A stretch of DNA of 64,000 nt, from NCBI GenBank assembly GCA_965279415.1, contig OZ257238.1, positions 502,925 through 566,924 of the forward strand, read 5' to 3'. The notes beneath the pieces were generated by a model. It saw nothing but the letters and a program-made list of their open reading frames with translations. It was not told the origin of the DNA and searched no databases. This document shows, piece after piece, positions 11,413 to 20,548 of the stretch. A program made the translations under genes and the position numbers. Each line of letters starts with the position of its first letter. Position 1 is the first letter of the stretch. Source of the DNA: Sphingobium sp. (GTDB taxonomy: Bacteria; Pseudomonadota; Alphaproteobacteria; Sphingomonadales; Sphingomonadaceae).

Positions 11413-11852
11413 TCGATATCGGCGCTCTGGACAGTCATTGGCTGTGGCTCATCCTCGCGGTGCTGTTCGGCATCGGCGAGATCGTCATTCCGGGCATATT
11501 CCTGTTCTGGATCGCGATCGCCGCCGCGCTGACCGCGGGCGTGACGATCGTGACCGGCATCGCCCTGCCCGCGCAGATCATCGTTTTCGCCGTGCTGTGC
11601 CTGATCGCGACCTATGCCGGCAAACGCTGGTATCGCGACAATCCGGTCGAATCGCAGGATCCCTTGCTCAACGATCGCGGCGCGCGACTGGTGGGTGAGA
11701 TCGTCACCGTGGTGGAGGCCATCCGCGGCGGACAGGGCCGCGTCAAGCTGGGCGACGGCGTATGGCCATGCCGCGGACCCGATGCTGCGGACGGTGCCCT
11801 GATGCGCGTTACCGGCGTAACCGGCAACGCGCTGATCGTGGAAGTGGTATGA
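11409..11852 (+). CDS. NfeD-family membrane protein
   Basis: The start overlaps the SPFH stop (ATGA). It has TM helices followed by a C-terminal OB-like beta domain (GEIVTVVEAIRGGQGRVKLGDGVWPCRG). The SPFH-NfeD pairing is classical. Confidence 0.85.
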   Translation: MIDIGALDSHWLWLILAVLFGIGEIVIPGIFLFWIAIAAALTAGVTIVTGIALPAQIIVFAVLCLIATYAGKRWYRDNPVESQDPLLNDRGARLVGEIVTVVEAIRGGQGRVKLGDGVWPCRGPDAADGALMRVTGVTGNALIVEVV

Positions 11853-12071
11853 TCCAAACGCCCATCGCGACGCGCGTTCGTAAGCGGTAAAGTTGCGGAA
11901 GTTGCGGCGTAAACAGCCGCAGAAATCCGACGATGTTGCTTCTGACCGCCTGTAAGCGGGCCGATAAAACCGAAACTGGGATTTGAACAAAGGGTATGTT
12001 CGGACGACATGTCCGCTCACTAACCCATCTGGTTATAATTTGCAAGCCTCCGCGAGACGACGCCGAACCGA

Positions 12072-12389
12072 TCAGCCGAACAGACCCTTGGCCAAGCCGC
12101 TCAGATCGTTGACGGGGCTGCCGTCGCCGTCGCGGTCGAACAGGCTACCCAGCTTGCCCATGATCGCTTCGGGACCACCGGCCTGCCCCATCAATTCCTG
12201 CAACTTGTCGGCCGACACGCCATGCGCGGCTGCGGTTTCGGCAAGCGCGGCGACGCTGGTCTTGCCCGATCCGATGTCGGCGGCGATCTGCTGCATCAAC
12301 GGGCCGATCGATTCCGCAGGCAGGCCCAGCTTGGTCGCCAGCGCGTCGAGATCGCCCATATTGCCCAATATGCCGTCGAAAATGCCCAT
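12072..12389 (-). CDS. Small hypothetical protein (105 aa)
   Basis: Start at MGIFDGILGN. It has host-like codon bias and a DRDGDGS EF-hand-like stretch. No family was recognised. Confidence 0.5.
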   Translation of the reverse strand: MGIFDGILGNMGDLDALATKLGLPAESIGPLMQQIAADIGSGKTSVAALAETAAAHGVSADKLQELMGQAGGPEAIMGKLGSLFDRDGDGSPVNDLSGLAKGLFG

Positions 12390-12509
12390 GATCGTCCTCC
12401 GCACGTGATGGAGGCACCATAGCAGCTTTGCCGCGGCACGGGCAAAAAAATGGGGCCGGACGTGCGTGCGTCCGGCCCTCCTCTCCTGGATCGTATCGTG
12501 AAGCGCGGA

Positions 12510-14105
12510 TCAGGCCGCGGTCAGCGCGGCTTCCCGCACGGACGCGTCGACATGGCTTTCGAACTGCGCGAAATTGTCCACGAACTGCTTCACCAGCTTC
12601 GCGGCGGTGTCGTCATAGTCGGCGCCGTCGGCCCAGGTCTGGCGCGGGTCGAGGATCTTGGAATCGACGCCCGGCACCGCGACCGGCACTTCGAACCCGA
12701 AATTGGGATCGGTGCGGAAGGCGACGGCGTTGAGGCTGCCGTCGAGCGCGGCGTTCAGCAACGCGCGGGTGATGCGGATCGGCATCCGGCTGCCCACGCC
12801 ATGCTTGCCGCCGGTCCAGCCGGTGTTGACCAGCCAGCAGGTGACGCCGCCCTTGGCGATGCGTTCCTTGAGCAAATTGCCGTAGACCGAAGGATGACGC
12901 GGCATGAAGGGCGCGCCGAAGCATGTGGAGAAGGTCGCCGTCGGCTCCGTCACGCCGATTTCGGTGCCCGCGACGCGCGCGGTATAGCCCGAAAGGAAAT
13001 GATACATCGCCTGTTCCGGCGTCAGCCGCGCGATCGGCGGCAGGACGCCATAGGCATCCGCCGTCAGGAAGATGATGTTGCGCGGCACGGGGCCGAGATT
13101 GTCGGCGCTGGCATTGGGGATGAAGTCGATCGGATAGGAACCACGGCTGTTTTCGGCGAGGCTGTTGTCGTTGAAGTCCAGTTCGCGCGTTTCCGGGTCC
13201 ATCACCACATTTTCCAGCACCGTGCCGAACCGCTTGGTGGTCGCGAAGATTTCCGGTTCCGCTTCGGGCGAAAGATTGATCATCTTGGCGTAGCAGCCGC
13301 CTTCGAAATTGAACACGGCGGTGTCCGACCAGCCATGTTCGTCGTCACCAATCAGGGTGCGGCTGGCGTCGGCGGACAGCGTGGTCTTGCCGGTGCCGGA
13401 CAGGCCGAAGAACACGGCGGTGTCACCGTCCGGTCCGATATTCGCCGAACAGTGCATCGGCATCACGCCCTTGGCCGGGAGGAGATAGTTGAGGATGCCG
13501 AACACCGACTTCTTCATTTCGCCGGCATATTTCGTGCCGCCGATCAGGATCAGCTTTTCGGTGAAGTTGACCGCGATCACGGTTTCGCTGCGGCTGCCGT
13601 GGCGCGCGGGATCGGCGCGGAAGCTGGGCAGGTTGATGATCGTATATTCGGGCGTGAACCCAGCCAGTTCCTCCGCCGTGGGGCGGACGAGCAAGGTGCG
13701 GATGAACAGGTTGTGCCAGGCCAGTTCATTGATGACGCGGACATTGGCGCGATATTCGGGCTGCGATCCGCCGAACAGGTCGGCGACGTAGAGCTTGTCC
13801 TTGTCGGCCAGCGCCGCGAAGAAATCGGCCTTGAGCGCGGCGAAATGGTCCGGCGTCATGGGGACGTTGGTGCTGCCCCACCAGACGGTGTTTTCCGTCT
13901 CGGCATCGCGCACGATGAACTTGTCCTTGGCGGAGCGGCCGGTGTGCGTGCCGGTCTTGACGACCAGGGGGCCATCCTTCGCCAGCATGCCTTCGCCATT
14001 GGCCAGCGCGGCCTCGACCAGCGGCGCCGTGCCGAGATTCCAATATTGTTCGGCACGGGAAGTGATGCCCTGGTCCGCTAGGGTGAATGAGGATGTCGCC
14101 TGCAC
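12510..14105 (-). CDS. pckA: Phosphoenolpyruvate carboxykinase (ATP)
   Basis: GTG start with AGGAG 7 nt upstream, the kinase-1a motif [13 protein letters not shown], and the PckA-typical [12 protein letters not shown] and IGDDEHGW. Confidence 0.95.
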   Translation of the reverse strand: MQATSSFTLADQGITSRAEQYWNLGTAPLVEAALANGEGMLAKDGPLVVKTGTHTGRSAKDKFIVRDAETENTVWWGSTNVPMTPDHFAALKADFFAALADKDKLYVADLFGGSQPEYRANVRVINELAWHNLFIRTLLVRPTAEELAGFTPEYTIINLPSFRADPARHGSRSETVIAVNFTEKLILIGGTKYAGEMKKSVFGILNYLLPAKGVMPMHCSANIGPDGDTAVFFGLSGTGKTTLSADASRTLIGDDEHGWSDTAVFNFEGGCYAKMINLSPEAEPEIFATTKRFGTVLENVVMDPETRELDFNDNSLAENSRGSYPIDFIPNASADNLGPVPRNIIFLTADAYGVLPPIARLTPEQAMYHFLSGYTARVAGTEIGVTEPTATFSTCFGAPFMPRHPSVYGNLLKERIAKGGVTCWLVNTGWTGGKHGVGSRMPIRITRALLNAALDGSLNAVAFRTDPNFGFEVPVAVPGVDSKILDPRQTWADGADYDDTAAKLVKQFVDNFAQFESHVDASVREAALTAA

Positions 14106-14381
14106 GCGCTTGCTCCTAAACTGTTATGGTCGGCCTGAAAGGCCGAGGACACGGGTTGCGGGGATCGTTTTTCGTCCCTGATGCTCCGCACTGCGAATCC
14201 GCATAAGCCTTTGCCCCATGGGCGTCAAATCGGCGCGGTCGCCTGATCCGATACAGGACAACGGGCTGCCCGGATTCCAGGGCCTGGCCTTAACATATGT
14301 TTCGTATCGAGCGACTTTCTTGCTCCCTGCCCCGCCATCGTCTAGGCCTGCCGACGTGTTTACCCATCTGGACCGCGGAAG

Positions 14382-15086
14382 ATGAGCGCAACCATTGCGT
14401 TGGTCGATGACGACCGCAACATTTTGACGTCCGTTTCCATAGCGCTTCAGGCCGAAGGCTTCATCACGCGGCTCTATTCGGATTCGGAAGCGGCGCTCAA
14501 GGCGCTGATGGACAATCCGGCGGACCTGGCGGTTTTCGATATCAAGATGCCGAAGATGGACGGCATCGAGCTGCTCCGCCGCCTGCGCGAGAAAAGCGCG
14601 ATGCCCGTCATCTTCCTGACCAGCAAGACCGACGAGCTGGACGAGGCGCTGGGACTGGCCATGGGGGCGGACGACTATATCTCCAAGCCGTTCTCGCAAC
14701 GGCTGCTGATCGCGCGGATCAAGGCGATCCTGCGCCGTGCGGAGTTCGCCCGCCCCTCCACCGACGCCGGCGAACAGGCCGCCGAACCGATCGTGCGCGG
14801 ACGGCTCGAAATGGACCCGGCGCGGCATCGGGTGAAATGGAAGGGCCATGACGTGACGTTGACCGTCACCGAGTTCCTGATTCTCGAAACGCTGGCCACG
14901 CGGCCCGGCGTGGTGAAAAGCCGCAACCAGTTGATGGACGCCGCCTATCAGGACGACGTCTATGTCGACGACCGCACCATCGACAGTCACATCAAGCGGC
15001 TCCGCCGCAAGTTTCGCGAGGCAGACCCCGATTTCAACGCAATCGACACGCTCTATGGCGCCGGATACCGATTCTCGGAAGAATGA
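14382..15086 (+). CDS. chvI: OmpR-family response regulator ChvI
   Basis: A receiver domain (LVDDD...DIKMPKMDG...SKPF) plus a winged-helix output domain (YGAGYRF). It is divergent from pckA and followed by chvG/hprK, the conserved alphaproteobacterial arrangement. Confidence 0.85.
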   Translation: MSATIALVDDDRNILTSVSIALQAEGFITRLYSDSEAALKALMDNPADLAVFDIKMPKMDGIELLRRLREKSAMPVIFLTSKTDELDEALGLAMGADDYISKPFSQRLLIARIKAILRRAEFARPSTDAGEQAAEPIVRGRLEMDPARHRVKWKGHDVTLTVTEFLILETLATRPGVVKSRNQLMDAAYQDDVYVDDRTIDSHIKRLRRKFREADPDFNAIDTLYGAGYRFSEE

Positions 15087-15096
15087 AGGCAGCGAC

Positions 15097-16650
15097 ATGG
15101 CGCTCCAGTGGACGGGGCGGCTGTCGCTGACGCGCCGCATTCTTGCGGTGAACATCTTTGCGCTCGCTTTGCTGGCAGGCGGCTTCTTCTATCTCGACAG
15201 CTACCGCACGCGCATCATCGATACACGGCTGGAGCAGTCGCTGCGGGAGTTGCAATTGCTGGGCATCGCGCTGGAAAGCACGCCCGACGACCAGCATAAC
15301 CGTTTAATCGCGGCTTTCTCGCGCAAGAACGACAGCCGCATCCGGCAATATCGCCGCGATGGCCAGTTGATCGCGGACAGCTTCGTCCTCGCGACGCCGC
15401 GCTACGAATTGCGCGATCCGGCCAGCGAGGACTGGCAGCGGCACGTCGCGCGCTTCCTCGACCGCGTGGTCGACCGGATCGTCTTTGCCCCGCCGACACC
15501 CTATTTCGTCGAGCCTGCGGTCGATCGGGCGCAGGCATGGCCCGAAGTGCTGGCGGCGCAACGCACGGGCAAACCGCAGGTGATGAACCGCTTCGCGCCC
15601 GATCGCACGCCGATGATCTCCGCCGCCCTGCCGACGCGCGGCGGCGACATGCTGCTGGCCACGGAAAATGCGCGCGACATCACGCGCGTGGTGCGTGCCG
15701 AAAGATTGCGCCTCGGCTTCGTGCTGGCCGCCGCACTGATGGGATCGACGTTGCTCTCGCTCTTCCTCGCGCGCACGATCGTATTGCCGCTGCGGCGGCT
15801 GGCGCGGGCTGCGGTGCGGGTGCGGCTGGGCCGGGCGCGCGAAGTGACGGTGCCGCGCCTGCCCGAACGACGCGACGAAATCGGGCTGCTGGCGCGCGCC
15901 CTGTCCGACATGAGCCATGCGCTGCGCCAGCGGATCGACGCGACCGACGCCTTCGCCGCGGATGTCAGCCATGAGCTGAAGAACCCCATCGCCTCGCTGC
16001 GCTCCGCGCTCGACGGGCTGGAGCGGATCGAGCGGCCCGACCTGCGCGCGCAATTGCTCGCCATCGCCAAGGACGACGTGCGGCGGCTCGACCGGCTGGT
16101 GACCGACATCGCCGAAGCCTCGCGCGTCGATGCGCAATTGTCGCGCACCCGATTCGAGCCGGTCGATCTGGGCAAGCTGATCGAGCAGCTGATCGTCGCC
16201 CGCGAAACGCGCGGCATAGAGCGCGACGTCCGCATCGCCTTCGCCCGTCCGCGCAAGGATGTGGCGGTGGTGATGGGCGAGGAGCAGCGGCTGGCCCGCG
16301 TGCTCGAAAACCTGCTCGACAACGCCATTTCCTTCTCCCCGCCCGGCGGCCTCGTCCAGATCGTAGCGACGGTGGCGAACGAGCAGGTGCTCGTCAGCGT
16401 CGAGGACGAAGGCCCCGGCGTTCCTACCGAAGAGCGCGAGACGGTGTTCCGCCGCTTCCACAGCGTCCGCCCCGAAGGCGAGCAGTTCGGCAAGCACAGC
16501 GGGCTCGGCCTCGCCATCGCGCGCAGCATCGTGGAGGGGCATCAGGGCCGCATCAGCATCGGCGACCGCGACGATGCGCAGCAGGGCGCTAGCTTCATCG
16601 TCCACCTGCCGATGGCGCAGGCCGCCGACCCCGGCATGGCTTCGGAATAG
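15097..16650 (+). CDS. chvG: Sensor histidine kinase ChvG
   Basis: ATG at 15097. It has two TM segments flanking a periplasmic domain, a HAMP domain, the H-box DVSHELKNPIASL, and the N/G boxes LLDNAISFSP and GLGLAIARSIVEGHQG. Confidence 0.85.
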   Translation: MALQWTGRLSLTRRILAVNIFALALLAGGFFYLDSYRTRIIDTRLEQSLRELQLLGIALESTPDDQHNRLIAAFSRKNDSRIRQYRRDGQLIADSFVLATPRYELRDPASEDWQRHVARFLDRVVDRIVFAPPTPYFVEPAVDRAQAWPEVLAAQRTGKPQVMNRFAPDRTPMISAALPTRGGDMLLATENARDITRVVRAERLRLGFVLAAALMGSTLLSLFLARTIVLPLRRLARAAVRVRLGRAREVTVPRLPERRDEIGLLARALSDMSHALRQRIDATDAFAADVSHELKNPIASLRSALDGLERIERPDLRAQLLAIAKDDVRRLDRLVTDIAEASRVDAQLSRTRFEPVDLGKLIEQLIVARETRGIERDVRIAFARPRKDVAVVMGEEQRLARVLENLLDNAISFSPPGGLVQIVATVANEQVLVSVEDEGPGVPTEERETVFRRFHSVRPEGEQFGKHSGLGLAIARSIVEGHQGRISIGDRDDAQQGASFIVHLPMAQAADPGMASE

Positions 16651-16659
16651 GCAAGACCC

Positions 16660-17133
16660 TTGCCAGAGACGATGTCCGAAAAGATGTCCGAGACGATCCA
16701 CGCGACGAGCATCGTCATCGACGGCAAGGCCATATTGCTGACCGGGCCGAGCGGCAGCGGCAAGTCCGATCTCGCGCTGCGCCTGATCGATCACGGCGCG
16801 ATGCTCCTGAGCGACGATTACACGCTGGCGCAGCGCGACGGCGACACCCTCATCGCGCGACCGCCCGAAAGAATCGAAGGCCGCATGGAAGTGCGCGGCA
16901 TCGGCATCGTGGAAATGCCGCATTGCCCCGCCGCACCGGTGGCGCTGATCCTCGACCTGTCGGCGCCGCCCGATCGGATGCCGGACGCCCTGTCCTCCCG
17001 CATGATCGCAGGGATGGGCGTGCCCGTCCTGCCCTTCGCCCCGTTCGAGGCGAGCGCCCCCATTAAAGTCGCGCTTGCGCTCGACGCCTTCGGACTGGCA
17101 ACAGGGGATCATGGCGCCGCATCCGCATCCTAA
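16660..17133 (+). CDS. hprK: HPr kinase/phosphorylase, short alphaproteobacterial form (kinase domain only)
   Basis: P-loop LLTGPSGSGKSDLAL, then LLSDDYT and EVRGIGI. The start is uncertain: TTG 16660 or ATG 16672/16684. Confidence 0.8.
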   Translation: MPETMSEKMSETIHATSIVIDGKAILLTGPSGSGKSDLALRLIDHGAMLLSDDYTLAQRDGDTLIARPPERIEGRMEVRGIGIVEMPHCPAAPVALILDLSAPPDRMPDALSSRMIAGMGVPVLPFAPFEASAPIKVALALDAFGLATGDHGAASAS

Positions 17134-18043
17134 AACTATTCTGCTCGTGTCCGGACTGTCCGGTGCGGGCAAGACGACGGCGCTCAAGACGCTGGAGGAC
17201 ATGGGCTGGGAAGTGGTGGACAATCTGCCGCTGCTGCTGCTCGATCGCCTCCTCGACACACCGCTGCCCGCCGGCCATGCGGCGGAGGACAGGCCGCTCG
17301 CCATCGGCATCGACGCGCGCACCCGCGGCTTCGACGCCAACGCCATCGTCCAGCGGATCAAGGCGCTGCGCGACAGCCACGGCCACGACATCGAGACGCT
17401 GTTCCTCGATTGCAGCGGGGCGGAGCTGGAGCGGCGCTTTTCGGAAACACGGCGGCGGCATCCGCTGGCGCAGGACCGGCACGCGGCGGACGGGATCGCG
17501 CGCGAACGCGAATTGCTGGAGCCGCTGCGCCGCTGGTCGACCAATATCGTCGACACGACGACGTTCAACAGCAACAGCCTGCAACAGGATATCCGCAGCC
17601 GCTACAGTCTGGAGCGCCTGTCCGATCCGGTGCTGACGATCCTGTCGTTCGGCTTTTCCCGTGGTCTGCCGCGCAATGCCGATTTGGTGTTCGACATGCG
17701 GTTCCTGCGCAATCCCTACTGGGATCCGGCCTTGCGCATGCGCACGGGGCAGGACGCCGATGTCGCGGCCTATATCGCGCAGGACCCGGCCTATGAAAGC
17801 GCCGTAGGGCAGATGGAGACGCTGCTCAAAACGCTGCTTCCCCGCTATGCGGAAGAGGGGAAGGCCTATGTCACGGTCGCTTTCGGCTGTACCGGCGGGA
17901 GACACCGGTCGGTGCATGTCGCCGAACGTGTCGCCGCAGCCTTGCGTCAGGCGGGATTTTCGCCCACGGTCTCGCACCGCAACATGGAATCGGCGCCCCA
18001 GGATGCCCTGGAGAAGCGCCGGGCCGCCGCGCCGGACACATGA
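17111..18043 (+). CDS. rapZ: RNase adapter protein RapZ (YhbJ family)
   Basis: ATG 17111 follows GGGGA. P-loop VSGLSGAGKTTALK and the C-terminal motif VAFGCTGGRHRSV are present. It overlaps the hprK 3' end by 23 nt. Confidence 0.85.
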   Translation: MAPHPHPKTILLVSGLSGAGKTTALKTLEDMGWEVVDNLPLLLLDRLLDTPLPAGHAAEDRPLAIGIDARTRGFDANAIVQRIKALRDSHGHDIETLFLDCSGAELERRFSETRRRHPLAQDRHAADGIARERELLEPLRRWSTNIVDTTTFNSNSLQQDIRSRYSLERLSDPVLTILSFGFSRGLPRNADLVFDMRFLRNPYWDPALRMRTGQDADVAAYIAQDPAYESAVGQMETLLKTLLPRYAEEGKAYVTVAFGCTGGRHRSVHVAERVAAALRQAGFSPTVSHRNMESAPQDALEKRRAAAPDT

Positions 18044-18071
18044 TAATGACGCTAAAGGGCTGCAAAACTCT

Positions 18072-18476
18072 ATGATCGGACTGGTTCTGGTGACGCATGG
18101 CCGGCTGGCGAGCGAATTTGTCGTCGCCATGGAGCATGTCGTCGGTCCGCAGCAGGCGATCGAGACGATCTGCATCGGGCCGGACGACGACATGGAGCTG
18201 CGCCGCGCCGACATCGCGACGGCGGTGGAAAAGGTGAACGACGGCAACGGCGTCATCCTGCTGACCGACCTGTTCGGCGGCACCCCGTCCAACCTTGCCA
18301 TTTCGCTGCTGAAGGCAGGCGAGATCGAAGTGATCGCAGGCATCAACCTGCCTATGCTCATCCGCCTGGAAAGCGCGCGCAAGGCGATGGACGTGCGCGC
18401 CGCCGTCGCCGCCGCACGCGAGGCCGGACAGAAATATATCAGCGTCGCGTCCGAACTGCTGGGCAGCACGACATGA
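18072..18476 (+). CDS. PTS EIIA component, mannose/fructose family
   Basis: MIGLVLVTHGRLA (active-site His region) and LLTDLFGGTPSN. It sits in the conserved hprK-EIIA-HPr cluster. Confidence 0.8.
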   Translation: MIGLVLVTHGRLASEFVVAMEHVVGPQQAIETICIGPDDDMELRRADIATAVEKVNDGNGVILLTDLFGGTPSNLAISLLKAGEIEVIAGINLPMLIRLESARKAMDVRAAVAAAREAGQKYISVASELLGSTT

Positions 18477-18745
18477 GCGGGGCGAGTCGCGAAGTCCTCA
18501 TCACCAACCGGCGTGGCCTGCACGCGCGTGCCAGCGCCAAGTTCGTGACGATCGCCAGCAGCCTGCCCGCACAGATCACCGTCGCCAAGGACGGATCGGA
18601 AGTGACTGGCACGTCGATCATGGGCCTGATGATGCTGGGCGCGGCGATGGGCGACAGTATCGTCATCAGCGCAGCGGGCGACGGCGCGGAGGAGTCGCTG
18701 GGCAAACTCGTCAGCCTGGTCGAGGACAAGTTCGGCGAGGAGTAA
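18473..18745 (+). CDS. ptsH: Phosphocarrier protein HPr
   Basis: 90 aa with RRGLHARASAKF (His-15 region) and GTSIMGLMMLGA (Ser-46 region). The start overlaps the EIIA stop. Confidence 0.8.
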   Translation: MSGASREVLITNRRGLHARASAKFVTIASSLPAQITVAKDGSEVTGTSIMGLMMLGAAMGDSIVISAAGDGAEESLGKLVSLVEDKFGEE

Positions 18746-18848
18746 GCGATAATCGATATTTAGCAATTGCCGTTATGGATTGAATGCTATGGCAACTGCG
18801 AAATCTCCGAAAAACGCCCTTGCCCCTCCTTTTTTGAAGGAGGTGTAT

Positions 18849-19613
18849 ATGCCATTGCCAGACGGCGATGATGATCGCGCCTTCGATACTTATCCTCTTT
18901 CGCTCCCTCTGTTCAGTCGAGGCGATTTCGCACTGCATTTTACGCGCCCTGTAACGATAATCGTGGGCGAAAATGGATCAGGCAAATCGACGCTGCTGGA
19001 AGCGATCGCAAAGCTGGCTGGCTTTAGTGTCATGGGAGGAAGCCGAAACCATATCAACTATGACAGGGAAGATGTTGAACTCGCGCGGCATCTGCGCCTT
19101 TCCTGGCTGCCAAAAGTCGGAAACGGCTTTTTCCTGCGCGCCGAAACCATGTTCAATTTCGCCTCTGCCATTGACGAGCTGGCGCATGAACCGGGCGGCA
19201 GCTATGATGCTTATGGCGGAAAATCTCTGAAGCAGCGTTCGCATGGCGAAGGTTTTCTGGCTTTGTTCGAGAACCGGTTTAGTAGCCGTGGTCTCTACAT
19301 ACTCGACGAACCCGAAGCCGCTTTGTCACCACAAAGGCAAATCGAGTTTTTGCGCGCGATAAGACGCATGGAGCGCAGTGAAAATTGCCAGATTATCATC
19401 GCGACTCATTCGGTTCTGGTTGCCGCCTACCCTGGCGCCCAATTGCTGAATGTCCAGAATGGAAGGCTGGTTGAAACGGAGTTGCACAAGCTGACGCATT
19501 TCAAAACATTGTATAACTTTTTCTATAATCCAGATGCGTTTATCGAGGACGCCCTGTCGGAAGAACAGGATGATGAAAATTGTGATGCCCAGGATGATTT
19601 CGATGATGCGTGA
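18849..19613 (+). CDS. Stand-alone ABC/AAA-type ATPase (COG3910-like predicted ATPase)
   Basis: ATG 18849 has a strong SD (GAAGGAGG). Walker A GENGSGKST, signature-like RSHGEGF, Walker B LYILDEPEAALSP and H-loop IIATHS are present. The gene is visibly AT-richer than its neighbours. Confidence 0.75.
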   Translation: MPLPDGDDDRAFDTYPLSLPLFSRGDFALHFTRPVTIIVGENGSGKSTLLEAIAKLAGFSVMGGSRNHINYDREDVELARHLRLSWLPKVGNGFFLRAETMFNFASAIDELAHEPGGSYDAYGGKSLKQRSHGEGFLALFENRFSSRGLYILDEPEAALSPQRQIEFLRAIRRMERSENCQIIIATHSVLVAAYPGAQLLNVQNGRLVETELHKLTHFKTLYNFFYNPDAFIEDALSEEQDDENCDAQDDFDDA

Positions 19614-19624
19614 GCAGTTTGCTT

Positions 19625-19725
19625 CCCTTCGTCCCAAGCTTGTCGAAAGGTTCGGCTGCGCGTAAGCGGAGGCCTCCACGCCTCACTCTGTTCGGCTGAG
19701 GGCTTCGTCTGCGCTCAACCCGAAC
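19625..19725. repeat. Degenerate copy of the CCGTTCG..CTTGTCGAA REP-like element
   Basis: TTCGTCCCAAGCTTGTCGAAAGG resembles the left arm of the 9424 and 30660 elements. The right arm (GTTCGGCTGAGGGCTTCG...CCCGAACG) is decayed. Confidence 0.4.
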
Positions 19726-19747
19726 GAACTTTCCCGGAGCGCCTTAT

Positions 19748-20548
19748 TTGTCCCGTGAAATAACCGGATTTTCCAATCCGCTGGTGAAGCGGGTGCGCAG
19801 TTTGCGGGAGAAGAAGTTCCGCAAGGCCGAGGGGCTGTTTCTGGCCGAAGGCTTGCGGATACTGACCGAGGCGCGCGATGCCGGCGTGCTGCCCGAGATG
19901 CTGTTCCATGCCGGGTCGGATCATCCCCTCGCCCGCGACCTGATCGCGGCGATGGAGGCGGCGGGCGGGGACGTGATCGAGACGACGCCCGACATCCTCG
20001 CCAAGATAAGCGGGAAGGACAATCCGCAGGCCGTCGTCGGTGTGTATCGCGACCGGCTGACCCCGCTGGATGCGATCGACCGGACGAGCGCGGACATCTG
20101 GATCGTGGCGCAATCGCTGCGCGATCCGGGGAATCTGGGGACGATCCTGCGGACCGGCGACGCGGTGGGCGCAGGCGGGCTGATCCTGATCGACGATTGC
20201 GTCGATCCCTTCTCCGTCGAGGCGGTGCGGGCGAGCATGGGGGCGCTGTTCACGCAGAAGATCGCGACGGCACGGTGGGAAGAGTTTCTTATCTGGTTGC
20301 GACAGGGTCCGGGGCAACTGGTGGGCACCAGCCTCGACACCGACAAGGACTATCAGTTACCCGCCTACCAAAGCCCTACCTTCCTGCTGGTCGGCAACGA
20401 GGCGCAGGGCCTGCCGGACACCTACGAAGCGCAATGCGACCTGCTGGTGAAGATGCCGATGCTGGGCAAGGCCGACAGCCTGAACGTCGCGGTGGCGACG
20501 GCGGTGATGGCCTATGAAATCCTGAACCAGAAGCGGCGGCGCGGATGA
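19748..20548 (+). CDS. TrmH/SpoU-family RNA 2'-O-methyltransferase
   Basis: TTG start. N-terminal substrate-binding domain, then SpoU motifs DPGNLGTILRTGDAVG and LLVGNEAQGL, and SLNVAVATAVMAYE. Confidence 0.8.
   Translation: MSREITGFSNPLVKRVRSLREKKFRKAEGLFLAEGLRILTEARDAGVLPEMLFHAGSDHPLARDLIAAMEAAGGDVIETTPDILAKISGKDNPQAVVGVYRDRLTPLDAIDRTSADIWIVAQSLRDPGNLGTILRTGDAVGAGGLILIDDCVDPFSVEAVRASMGALFTQKIATARWEEFLIWLRQGPGQLVGTSLDTDKDYQLPAYQSPTFLLVGNEAQGLPDTYEAQCDLLVKMPMLGKADSLNVAVATAVMAYEILNQKRRRG

Noticed and set aside
12450-14081. 543-aa plus-strand ORF opposite pckA
   Set aside because: It is antisense to a clearly identified PEP carboxykinase, with low-complexity Arg/Gly/Ala composition.
16660-16695. 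Permuted direct repeat GAGACGATGTCCGA-AAAG-ATGTCCGAGACGAT at the hprK start
   Set aside because: It is a short local duplication encoding ETMSEKMSET. It only adds uncertainty to the start codon, and nothing suggests a regulatory role.
15304-18766. Long minus-strand ORFs (15304..17574, 17063..18766) opposite chvG-hprK-rapZ-EIIA-HPr
   Set aside because: The plus strand carries five recognisable, tightly coupled genes. The minus-strand translations are Arg-rich nonsense.
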